From the NCBI GenBank assembly GCA_902384455.1, contig CABMCB010000042.1, forward strand, positions 1 through 16,567: DNA of 16,567 nt. Direction: 5' to 3'. Shown in pieces: positions 1-7,724 of this stretch. The stretch comes from an uncultured archaeon (lineage in GTDB: Archaea; Altiarchaeota; Altiarchaeia; IMC4; SCGC-AAA252-I15). Below the pieces are notes generated by a model. The model made no database searches and was not told the origin of the DNA. It saw only the letters and a program-made list of their open reading frames with translations. The position numbers and the translations under genes were made by a program. Position 1 is the first letter of the stretch. Each line of letters opens with the position of its first letter.

Positions 1-20
1 CGAAAAAGCACCATTCTGGG

Positions 21-509
21 TTGAGAACCATGACAAGGCTTGACACTTCCAAACTTAACGAAGGCGACTTAGTCTACATAAACATCCCCTGCTATGGTGA
101 TGAGGGTGAAGGTAGCGACGAAATCGCCAAAAATATCCTTTGCCGATACAAAAGGAGTTTAGGTCGCTATGAGGGCGCCTCCAACGTCAACGGCAGAGAA
201 GTCACACCGTCCTACTCAATCATGGTAGAAGAGGTTTTCCAAAGCGTAGACAGCCACGAATATCACTACCCTCAACATGTCCTCAGCGTCCGCTTAGCCA
301 CTTTCTGCGCAGTCGACCGTAAACCATGCGTAGATAACTGGCATACCTGTCGACGCAACGGTAACAAAAACAGAGCAAAGCAACACAACAAAGACGCCTG
401 CCCCAACTGTGTATTACCAAAAGAGATAGAGAAAAGGGGCGACAAATTGGACCTTGACCCCGTCCTAATTAACAGCCTAATCAAACACCGAATAGTACGA
501 GATGACTAA
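21..509 (+). CDS. Hypothetical protein with C-terminal Cys cluster (likely start ATG at 30)
   Basis: 162-aa ORF; CAVDRKPC..HTC..CPNC; G-rich SD-like site before ATG30. Confidence 0.7.
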   Translation: MRTMTRLDTSKLNEGDLVYINIPCYGDEGEGSDEIAKNILCRYKRSLGRYEGASNVNGREVTPSYSIMVEEVFQSVDSHEYHYPQHVLSVRLATFCAVDRKPCVDNWHTCRRNGNKNRAKQHNKDACPNCVLPKEIEKRGDKLDLDPVLINSLIKHRIVRDD

Positions 510-512
510 GCA

Positions 513-767
513 ATGCCAAAACACAGAGAAATACCCCAGCCTCAAAAGAAAATCTGCCCCCAAGACGGCGCACAGTACGAAGATTTCTGCATGGCTTACG
601 GATGCGAAAACCAAGACGGGTCAGGCGGATGCAAAGCCGTCCAGCCACGCGAATGTATCAACTCAACCGAGCATAAATGCAACAAGACCAAAATGCCCTG
701 CAAAATCTGGTGTGACGGCAAATGCGCAAAGTGCCCAATTTCAGCCAACAAGGAGCACCCACAATGA
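513..767 (+). CDS. Small Cys-rich (10 Cys) putative metal-binding protein
   Basis: 84 aa; starts 3 nt after the previous stop; ATGA overlap with the next gene. Confidence 0.7.
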   Translation: MPKHREIPQPQKKICPQDGAQYEDFCMAYGCENQDGSGGCKAVQPRECINSTEHKCNKTKMPCKIWCDGKCAKCPISANKEHPQ

Positions 768-1180
768 AAGGCATAAAGCTTCCCTGCATGCTTGGCGCTA
801 ACCGTTTCCATACAATGGGCGGCGTCCACGTTGAATGCTTGGGTTGCCTTATAACAAGACAGTGCCCGCCAGCAATCCTTAACGATTTCAAGCTGGATGA
901 CGAAACCCTCACTTTCTTTTACGCTCACATCGTAGAAGGCAAATGTGTTGAATGCGGACAAAAATTCCCATACAAAGGCTGTCCAGATGGTCTATGCCCT
1001 AAATGCGGCAAAGAATGCCACGAAAGGGTAATGGATAACGAAGACGGCGGAGAATGGGATACATGTGACTACAATTGCCCCTACGGACCCAAAGACGACG
1101 AAATAGATTATGAAAAACTGGAAAAAGACTATCCCCCACCATCAGATGAAGAAATAAAAAAAGCCCTTTTGGAGCAATAA
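764..1180 (+). CDS. Zn-finger protein (CVECG, CPKCG) with acidic tail
   Basis: ATG764 overlaps the upstream TGA (ATGA) and follows AGGAG at 751-755; 138 aa, 12 Cys. Confidence 0.75.
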   Translation: MKGIKLPCMLGANRFHTMGGVHVECLGCLITRQCPPAILNDFKLDDETLTFFYAHIVEGKCVECGQKFPYKGCPDGLCPKCGKECHERVMDNEDGGEWDTCDYNCPYGPKDDEIDYEKLEKDYPPPSDEEIKKALLEQ

Positions 1181-1182
1181 AC

Positions 1183-1665
1183 ATGCCAAGTTTCTATGAC
1201 GAATGTTTCTGTACTTTCACAGAAAAAAGACCTGCCGGCACCCGAATGAATTACATAGGGAACGGCATCTTCAAGTGCCCAACATGCGGCGCAACCCACG
1301 ACCACCACGACATCATATTCAGAATGCGCCTACGCTTTGAGAAGAAAAACGGCTACACGCACATCGCAATACACAAACCATACGATAGCCGCTTGCGCAA
1401 AATCGACACCGACCGCTATGAAGACAAAGACGACATGTGTCACTGCCACGGAAGAGAACCACATCGACACACGCTACTACACTCAATCAAAGATGACATG
1501 GACAGCGGCGAACGCATCGAATGTATGGACTACATGCCAACAAAAGACCACCCACTTGGAGACTTTGATTGTGATGTCATGTACTCTTGGGAAGACGGCG
1601 AAACAGACTGTGGCACTGAATGGGACTTAGACTTCAAAATAATCGCAGAGACAAGGGTGAATTAA
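1183..1665 (+). CDS. Zn-ribbon protein, paralog A
   Basis: ECFC..MNYIGNGIFKCPTCG..IFRMRLRF; motifs shared with the next ORF. Confidence 0.85.
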   Translation: MPSFYDECFCTFTEKRPAGTRMNYIGNGIFKCPTCGATHDHHDIIFRMRLRFEKKNGYTHIAIHKPYDSRLRKIDTDRYEDKDDMCHCHGREPHRHTLLHSIKDDMDSGERIECMDYMPTKDHPLGDFDCDVMYSWEDGETDCGTEWDLDFKIIAETRVN

Positions 1666-2154
1666 ATGAGCGAAGCCCAACTAAAAGTAATCAATCCCAT
1701 GTACTGCGAATGCCAAGTCGAATACGGACCCCGCGGACCCAAAGGCAAACAGATAAAAATGGATTATGAAGGCAACGGCGTTTTCAAGTGCCCCAAGTGC
1801 GGACACAAAGAAGACGATCACGGCGGAATCTTTAGGATGTACCTGATATTCGGAGAAAACGAAGAGGAAGAATTGTACACCGTCAAGCTGATGGACCCAA
1901 TAATCGATAGCCGCCTCAACGAGAAGAAAGACCCTGCTCAACCATACGAGAAAATGACATGCACAATGCGGGAAGTCATCGAAGGAAGCTTGGAAGATTT
2001 CGCTGACGACTTTGAGAGTCATGAAGAGGGCATATTTGAAGTAGACTTACGATATGCGACTTCATGGGATTCTGAAGAGGGCGACGGCGATGTCGAAATC
2101 GAAATCGTAGCTGAAAGAAAGCTCGATAAAATCCCCGAGGTAAAAGCCTCATAA
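1666..2154 (+). CDS. Zn-ribbon acidic protein, paralog B
   Basis: YCEC..MDYEGNGVFKCPKCG..IFRMYLIF; GGTGA SD upstream; abuts the previous stop. Confidence 0.85.
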   Translation: MSEAQLKVINPMYCECQVEYGPRGPKGKQIKMDYEGNGVFKCPKCGHKEDDHGGIFRMYLIFGENEEEELYTVKLMDPIIDSRLNEKKDPAQPYEKMTCTMREVIEGSLEDFADDFESHEEGIFEVDLRYATSWDSEEGDGDVEIEIVAERKLDKIPEVKAS

Positions 2155-2161
2155 TTTTTTT
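2155..2161 (+). terminator. Oligo-T (T7) archaeal-type terminator
   Basis: T7 run immediately after TAA 2152-2154. Confidence 0.45.
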
Positions 2162-2173
2162 GGGTGTTTTAAA

Positions 2174-2572
2174 ATGCAGACACAACCACAAAAACAAAGA
2201 TACGCTTGCAAATTCTCAGTCACTTGCATACGAAGAATTTGGATTTCACCCGACGACCGCAATAGCTGTACAAGAGACCCAGCGGAATGCCCATGGTCTC
2301 TGCACGAAAAAGTCAAAAACAACGAAATCTCCAAACAGGAAGCTTTAGCAATCATCGAAAAACTCAAAGAAGCCATACGAAAAAGAACCAAAGAAGAGCT
2401 AGAAAACGTTTGCAACAAAGCGGACGAGCTTGAAGCTGAAGAGAAAAAAGGCAAAAACGTCGACGCAGAAACCCAGAAGCTGGAAGAGCAGGCAAAGAAA
2501 TGGCACTATGACACACTCAACGGTAGCGACGATTACAAGCAATTAGAAGCACTTGAAAAGGAGCTTGCTTAA
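2174..2572 (+). CDS. Hypothetical protein, N-terminal 4-Cys motif plus charged coiled-coil
   Basis: 132 aa; E/K-rich helical C-terminal half. Confidence 0.75.
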   Translation: MQTQPQKQRYACKFSVTCIRRIWISPDDRNSCTRDPAECPWSLHEKVKNNEISKQEALAIIEKLKEAIRKRTKEELENVCNKADELEAEEKKGKNVDAETQKLEEQAKKWHYDTLNGSDDYKQLEALEKELA

Positions 2573-2574
2573 TC

Positions 2575-3327
2575 ATGGTACTCTTATCATTCTCTCTTGA
2601 GACCAAACGTGGTCCCGCCTACAAACTAATTCAGGACGGCACAAAAGCACAAACCTGCCGATTACCCCGAGACAGTCGACCAAAAGGTCTCCAAGACGCA
2701 CAACTCTACTGGAAAAGCAGAATCCCACTTTCCCAGAAACCAATCCATCAAATAGCCGATGGCTTAATCGACAAAATAGACTACGACACCAAATACGGGT
2801 CCTTCATGAACGACAACAAATTTGCATACTTAGACGGCTTTATCGACGCTGAAGAGCTAAGATTCTGGTTCAACCAAACCCACGAATGCAGTGAAGCAAC
2901 AGTTTTTGACGTTATCCATTGGGCACTCTACCACCCCTTGTACAGGTGCCCGATATGCGATTACACATCGGCAGTCACAAACATCCATCGTCAGTGCCAA
3001 CGCGCCATGTACCCGACAGGTGAAGAAGTCGCCTATTACACCACCGCGGACACCAAGATTATCCAGACACAACTACTCAAGATAGGCAACGAATCCAAGT
3101 CAAGAACGCTAATTAAAAAATACAAAAACTTCATGCCAGCAATGATGTGGGGCGGCACCGTATTCTCCAACGACCTTGTAGAAAGACGCTCAATTCCTGA
3201 GTGGGCAATCAAAAGCTTAGAGAAAGTCTTTGGCATCGATGTCCAACTGATACAAAAAAGCCCCGGATACATCAACGCACATCTACGAAACAACATTTTA
3301 GGAGGCAACAACGACGTTAGAAGTTGA
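2575..3327 (+). CDS. ASCH (PUA-like) domain protein fused to a Zn finger and an unknown C-terminal domain
   Basis: LLSFS..IQDGTKAQTCR matches the ASCH GxKxxTxR motif; FAYLDGF..ELRFWF ASCH tail; CPICDY..CQRAM. Confidence 0.75.
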   Translation: MVLLSFSLETKRGPAYKLIQDGTKAQTCRLPRDSRPKGLQDAQLYWKSRIPLSQKPIHQIADGLIDKIDYDTKYGSFMNDNKFAYLDGFIDAEELRFWFNQTHECSEATVFDVIHWALYHPLYRCPICDYTSAVTNIHRQCQRAMYPTGEEVAYYTTADTKIIQTQLLKIGNESKSRTLIKKYKNFMPAMMWGGTVFSNDLVERRSIPEWAIKSLEKVFGIDVQLIQKSPGYINAHLRNNILGGNNDVRS

Positions 3328-3379
3328 GCAAATACCTAATGAAACATTCGAAGAATTTCACGTAAAATACATTGAAAAA

Positions 3380-3652
3380 ATGATTTCAAAAGGCAAACCC
3401 CCACTAATCATCGCAGGCTCAATAAGCCACTTCCCTGACGACATCATCAGCACATGCCCAGACTGCGGCGGACCCATGGTTATGCGACCAAAAATCGCGG
3501 CTATCGTTAAGAAATATCACCTGAAAGCCAACTGTTTCACCTGTAAAGACCCCAAAGAAGTAGCAGTCGCTACAAAACAACTAAAGTGGATAATAAGAGC
3601 CGAACTCAGCAAAGAACAAAAGAAGAGCCAGCCTAAACTATCAAAAAGGTGA
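3380..3652 (+). CDS. Zn-ribbon protein (CPDCG..CFTC); frame open upstream to ACG at 3311
   Basis: Four-Cys ribbon; GTGA overlap with the next gene; GGAGG at 3301-3305 precedes ACG3311. Confidence 0.75.
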   Translation: MISKGKPPLIIAGSISHFPDDIISTCPDCGGPMVMRPKIAAIVKKYHLKANCFTCKDPKEVAVATKQLKWIIRAELSKEQKKSQPKLSKR

Positions 3653-4443
3653 CCAATAACCCGATGCCACAACAGTCTTACGAATTCAAAGGCAACAACT
3701 CAGTCATGAACTGCACCTACCTACAACGCAATTTCCGCGTGCCTATTTACAATTGGGATGCACTCAGCGTCGACCAATGGGCATCAATCGCCATGGCAAT
3801 CAGCAAAGCACTATACCACAACAAATTCACACTTGCCGCCACCAAAGACCACAAACTCTGGAAGGATGGCAGACCCGGCGACGAAGCACTCCAATTCGCA
3901 TTAATGCTGACTTCAGACAGAATGTTCCGCAAATCAGTCAGAGAATTCAACGCACAAGCAGAAAACATGAAGTACGGTCCATGGTTGAAAGCTATGGAAC
4001 AAGGCGATACAGCCGATTTCTGGTACCATATGTCTCAGCTTGGGCAGTTCATTTACAACTGCGTAAAGTTTCTGCGAGACACAGGGTATCTACTCATTTA
4101 CGGCGACAAAGTCACTCGGATACTTCGACCCTATTGGTGCCCACCGAGCGAATGGGCAATCAACAGAGACACCGCAAAAGCAATCATCGATGTCGTGGCA
4201 AAGCACTATGAAAGAACCCGCAAATACCCAACACTAAAAATAATTGCCAAGGAGCTAGATATTCCAAGATATACACTTATTGCGTCAGGCTTCACGAGAG
4301 ACGTTATTCACGAGACTTACAAAAACTATCGGAAGACAGCAGAGGTTAAAATTATAAAGCCAAAGAAAGAATACAAGCGTATGACTCAGGAAGAGACCAA
4401 TCAGGTTGCATTGAGAATAGCTCGCGGGATTTTCATTCCCTAA
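3649..4443 (+). CDS. Hypothetical protein with C-terminal HTH (possible start ATG 3664)
   Basis: 264 aa; YPTLKIIAKELDIPRYTL resembles an HTH; AGGTGA at 3647-3652. Confidence 0.75.
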   Translation: MTNNPMPQQSYEFKGNNSVMNCTYLQRNFRVPIYNWDALSVDQWASIAMAISKALYHNKFTLAATKDHKLWKDGRPGDEALQFALMLTSDRMFRKSVREFNAQAENMKYGPWLKAMEQGDTADFWYHMSQLGQFIYNCVKFLRDTGYLLIYGDKVTRILRPYWCPPSEWAINRDTAKAIIDVVAKHYERTRKYPTLKIIAKELDIPRYTLIASGFTRDVIHETYKNYRKTAEVKIIKPKKEYKRMTQEETNQVALRIARGIFIP

Positions 4444-4445
4444 GC

Positions 4446-4451
4446 TTTTTT
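4446..4451 (+). terminator. Oligo-T terminator
   Basis: T6 two nt after the stop. Confidence 0.35.
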
Positions 4452-4467
4452 CTATGGGTGAGGACAA

Positions 4468-5103
4468 ATGAGCGAAGACAAAGACATCAACAGAATCACG
4501 GACCCGAAAACAATCTTACGCGAGACCCGCAAAGCAGTTCAGCCGTATCTCCGAACCGTACAGCAACATAGCCGCGCCATAAAGCCACGCATCGAAATCA
4601 ACAGAAAATGGATAGACTACTACAAAAACATCGAAAAAATCCGCCCGCTCAAAAAAACTGAGCTAAAGAAGCTGGCGGACAGACAAGCCGCTTTAGACAC
4701 CGCGAAAGCGCGTCTTGAGATTTACAGAAACGCCGGTAGATACGCACGCACACACAAGACTGAAGACCTCATTAAACTTCGGCAAGCACAGTCAAAGTAC
4801 TATGAGGCAAGAGTACAGACAATGCCACCTGAAGAGCAAGCCAAAGAAAAAGAACGCATCGCCCCCGAGAAAAGCCAATACGATGCACTGGAAGACATCA
4901 AACAAGACATAGCTGAGAAATGCAAAAGTCTCAAAGGCGCTCGCTCTCCAACACGTTACTACGTCAGCACATCTCAAAGATACTTAGAAATACGCACCAT
5001 CTCAAAAGAGCTACAGCAAAACTTCAGAACAGCATATGAAATCGGTCACCCAGAAAAGTTCCCTGACGCATTATCAAATTACCGCGCTACAAACAGACTT
5101 TAG
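4468..5103 (+). CDS. Basic, all-helical hypothetical protein (possible nucleic-acid binder)
   Basis: 211 aa, K/R-rich; strong SD GGTGAGG at 4457-4463. Confidence 0.8.
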   Translation: MSEDKDINRITDPKTILRETRKAVQPYLRTVQQHSRAIKPRIEINRKWIDYYKNIEKIRPLKKTELKKLADRQAALDTAKARLEIYRNAGRYARTHKTEDLIKLRQAQSKYYEARVQTMPPEEQAKEKERIAPEKSQYDALEDIKQDIAEKCKSLKGARSPTRYYVSTSQRYLEIRTISKELQQNFRTAYEIGHPEKFPDALSNYRATNRL

Positions 5104-5115
5104 GAGAGAGGAAAA

Positions 5116-6084
5116 ATGGACATTAAACTATTCCATGACTTGAGTCCCCAAGAGTTAGGCTCTAATTATTTCAAGGGTATTGATGGGTTCTTTATGAGTC
5201 CCATCTGGTGGTTACTCAAACCAAAAGCATATGACTTCGTCACAAATATTTGGCAAAAAGGCGGCATCAAGAAAGCCTACAACATACCCGACGACGTACT
5301 GTACATTCAAGGGGCAGACAGAATCTTAGAGCGCCCAAAAGACGTCAAAGAAGGCGAACCATATCAGATGTTTATTCGCCCAACAATCTCAGCGCTCAAA
5401 GAGGCAGTTTGCTTAAACCCCGACATCATACAATTGCTTGATGTACCTTTAGACGACAACGACACCGAAAAGAAGATAGTGGAAAAAATCGCCATCAACC
5501 ACGATATTGTTGAACGAAGCGCCAAATGGTTAATTGAGAACAAGTATCGCAGTAGCGACCGCTACAAAAATGGCATTCACAAGTTCTCTAAATTCATGCT
5601 CTTAGGCGTCTGCCATGGAGACCTACCAGACATCTATGCGGAAGAAGCCAAGTTCATGAAAGACCACTGTGAAATCATTGGCATACCAATCGCTGGACTA
5701 CTCAGCCGAGTGAAAGGTCTGGACATGCGCCAGCGATATGACTACGTTTTCCAAGTAGTCGGGAAAGTTCTCGACGAAGTAGGCAACACACGACCACTGC
5801 AAATGATGGGCTACGGCTTGAGCAAAATTACAGAGCTTTCACGCATTGTTGGCTTAGCAAAGAAATACGACGCAACCATCTGGTTTGAATCCAGCACTAT
5901 TATTCGAAGCTCCGTGCATGCCCGAAAACTGCTAAGCATCAACCCGCTCACAGATGACATCGACTACGTTAACATTGCAAGGGTAGAAGGCGCAGACGAC
6001 ATGTCACCCCAAGAAATCTTTGTAGAAAACAACCAAACGCTAAAGGGTATAATAACCCAGACGCTTAAGCATGCGTCATTATAG
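5116..6084 (+). CDS. Divergent TGT/DpdA-like (guanine transglycosylase fold) TIM-barrel protein
   Basis: Collinear TGT motifs: GGIKK, PDIIQLLDVP, LLGVCHG, IGIPIAGL, RPLQMMGYG, WFESST; DSGGF motif and Zn site absent. Confidence 0.75.
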   Translation: MDIKLFHDLSPQELGSNYFKGIDGFFMSPIWWLLKPKAYDFVTNIWQKGGIKKAYNIPDDVLYIQGADRILERPKDVKEGEPYQMFIRPTISALKEAVCLNPDIIQLLDVPLDDNDTEKKIVEKIAINHDIVERSAKWLIENKYRSSDRYKNGIHKFSKFMLLGVCHGDLPDIYAEEAKFMKDHCEIIGIPIAGLLSRVKGLDMRQRYDYVFQVVGKVLDEVGNTRPLQMMGYGLSKITELSRIVGLAKKYDATIWFESSTIIRSSVHARKLLSINPLTDDIDYVNIARVEGADDMSPQEIFVENNQTLKGIITQTLKHASL

Positions 6085-6106
6085 GGTGGCAAACCGCTTG
6101 GAACTG

Positions 6107-6238
6107 ATGGAAAAAAGAATCTCTGATGTAGACCTATACTGTAAACATACCGACCAATGTGACCCAACGAAATGTGCAAGCTTCAAAATACGGGGAAGCA
6201 ACTATTACTGCGCGGGAAAATTTGCCCCGGCAGTATAA
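6107..6238 (+). CDS. 43-aa four-Cys microprotein, not in the ORF track (in-frame TTG at 6098 is an alternative start)
   Basis: MEKRISDVDLYCKHTDQCDPTKCASFKIRGSNYYCAGKFAPAV*; GGGTGG at 6084-6089; followed by a T-run. Confidence 0.6.
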   Translation: MEKRISDVDLYCKHTDQCDPTKCASFKIRGSNYYCAGKFAPAV

Positions 6239-6240
6239 CC

Positions 6241-6252
6241 TTTTTTCTTTTT
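6241..6252 (+). terminator. T-rich terminator closing the left arm
   Basis: TTTTTTCTTTTT between convergent stops 6238 and 6251. Confidence 0.6.
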
Positions 6253-6535
6253 AAAAACGGGTGTCTCGTTCAGTAAAAACAACGTCGCAGACTTTTTCGG
6301 CTTCATCGAAAGAGTTAAGCACTTGCGGACAATCAAGGACTCTAACAATCACGCCGACAGGTCCACCATGGAAAGTTTGCTTTTCATAGGTGCCGTAGAC
6401 TTCTTTGGCGCGTTTTTTGGCGTCAGGTAAGTTGTGGATAACTTCGGGATGAAAGACGCCATTTTCCCTTTTTCCCAGAAGCGCATTGTCTATAGCTATT
6501 TCAAAAGTGCATATGCCTTTATCATTGTCACCCAT
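6251..6535 (-). CDS. Hypothetical protein
   Basis: 94 aa; AAGGTGA SD (ttcacctt on +) and an upstream TATA box. Confidence 0.75.
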   Translation of the reverse strand: MGDNDKGICTFEIAIDNALLGKRENGVFHPEVIHNLPDAKKRAKEVYGTYEKQTFHGGPVGVIVRVLDCPQVLNSFDEAEKVCDVVFTERDTRF

Positions 6536-6540
6536 TCAAT

Positions 6541-6632
6541 TCACCTTTAAATTAACAAGATACTATTTGCAAACAACCGCTATATAAGAATAATATAAAG
6601 TCTTAAATATTCATACAAAGATAAGCAAGCGT
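6541..6632. promoter_or_regulatory. Divergent archaeal promoter pair
   Basis: AT-rich; CTTATATA on - (6581-6588); TTAAATA on + (6603-6609) about 24 nt before ATG6633. Confidence 0.55.
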
Positions 6633-6728
6633 ATGTATGTTTCTCCACGAACTGGCTTTAGCGAGCGCGAGCTTAGAGAAGAGTTAGAAAAACGTAAAGC
6701 CAAAGAAAAAGCGAATCAGAAAAATTAA
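6633..6728 (+). CDS. 31-aa charged helical microprotein, probably leaderless
   Basis: MYVSPRTGFSERELREELEKRKAKEKANQKN*; TATA box at leaderless spacing. Confidence 0.45.
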   Translation: MYVSPRTGFSERELREELEKRKAKEKANQKN

Positions 6729-6756
6729 AAAGCACTCACTAGCCATACGCTTCAGC

Positions 6757-7134
6757 ATGTGGATTTGCATTGAATCATACAAGGTCTACGCATATTATCC
6801 GGGCTTGCTACTCACCGACGAAGATATGCACCGAAGCTTTATGCATCGGCTGACCTTGAGGGGCATCAAAAGAATGCCAATTGGAACTATCCGAGGGAAT
6901 ACAAGCAGTGGATTGTTCTGTTTGGTTTTCATGAAAGTTGAGGATGATGTCGCCAAGCAATTCACCACGCTCATGATAAAAGTACATGGAAAGCATGGCG
7001 ATTATTGGCGCCCCTATTTTGAGTATAAAAAAGAGCTTGCCGAAAGGGAAGCTGAAGAAAACAAAGAGATTCTTAGGGAACTCCCATGGTTTAGCGATAC
7101 TTTACTATTAGCCATAGGGACAAGACCGTTATGA
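6757..7134 (+). CDS. Hypothetical protein
   Basis: 125-aa ORF; 3' end overlaps the convergent gene by 44 nt. Confidence 0.55.
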   Translation: MWICIESYKVYAYYPGLLLTDEDMHRSFMHRLTLRGIKRMPIGTIRGNTSSGLFCLVFMKVEDDVAKQFTTLMIKVHGKHGDYWRPYFEYKKELAEREAEENKEILRELPWFSDTLLLAIGTRPL

Positions 7135-7714
7135 GTACGCCCATGACGACGGCGAACAGCATTGTTGCAGGGTTCAGCAAGAAGGCTTCTAACATTGCGG
7201 CGACTGCTACGAAGGCACCGGCATAGAGAAAAAGTGTTCCTGAATCAACAATGGTCTCGCTTAATGAGACAGGTTTCTTGAATAGTTTTAGAGCAACATA
7301 TTTCGGGAAAAGTAAGCCTCCCGCTATGCCGAATACTAGAGAGAGTGCTTCCAGTACGCCGAAAGACATCAGGCTTATTGCAAGGTTCGCTGGGGAAACG
7401 GCGCTCGCTACCGCGCCAAAGGAAGCCCCGACGCTGTAAATCATTACGGATGGCGGGAAGTAGTTTATGCCGAATACCGGGAAGACAAACCAACCGACCC
7501 AACCCATTGCGGCAATCATGCCATTGTTTTGGGCAATCATTTGAAAGTTGCCGGTTATGTCGGTAACATCGATTTGCCGGTTTCGTGCGTTTTCAACGAT
7601 TGCCTGACCATAAGGAGATACGAGACCGATTGCGAAGCCGGCAAAGAAGAGCATCAAGGTAATTACTAAAACGTCTAAGTGTTTTTTGAAGAGGGTACAG
7701 GGGGGCTGAATCAT
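7091..7714 (-). CDS. SpoIIM/DUF95-like integral membrane protein
   Basis: IAQNN, SFGVLE and AAMLEAF correspond to the family motifs IFxNN, PHGxxE and AAxxE; about 5-6 TM segments; GGTGA SD. Confidence 0.7.
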   Translation of the reverse strand: MIQPPCTLFKKHLDVLVITLMLFFAGFAIGLVSPYGQAIVENARNRQIDVTDITGNFQMIAQNNGMIAAMGWVGWFVFPVFGINYFPPSVMIYSVGASFGAVASAVSPANLAISLMSFGVLEALSLVFGIAGGLLFPKYVALKLFKKPVSLSETIVDSGTLFLYAGAFVAVAAMLEAFLLNPATMLFAVVMGVLITVLSLWLIVKYR

Positions 7715-7724
7715 TTTTGTTCAC

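Noticed and set aside
2-43. Possible 3' end of an upstream gene (EKAPFWVENHDKA*)
   Set aside because: Too short to support from this window
722-763. Longer N-terminus for the ORF ending at 1180
   Set aside because: AGGAG SD and the ATGA overlap favour ATG764
502-801. 99-aa + strand ORF overlapping 513..767
   Set aside because: The 513..767 frame fits its neighbours (3-nt gap, ATGA overlap) and the Cys-rich pattern; this looks like a shadow of the A/C-rich strand
3753-4211. 152-aa alternative-frame ORF, and other nested or antisense ORFs in the track
   Set aside because: They lie within better-supported genes, have R/Q/S-biased composition and lack SD sites
5116-6084. Naming the gene tgt or dpdA
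   Set aside because: Catalytic motifs deviate and no preQ0 pathway genes are visible
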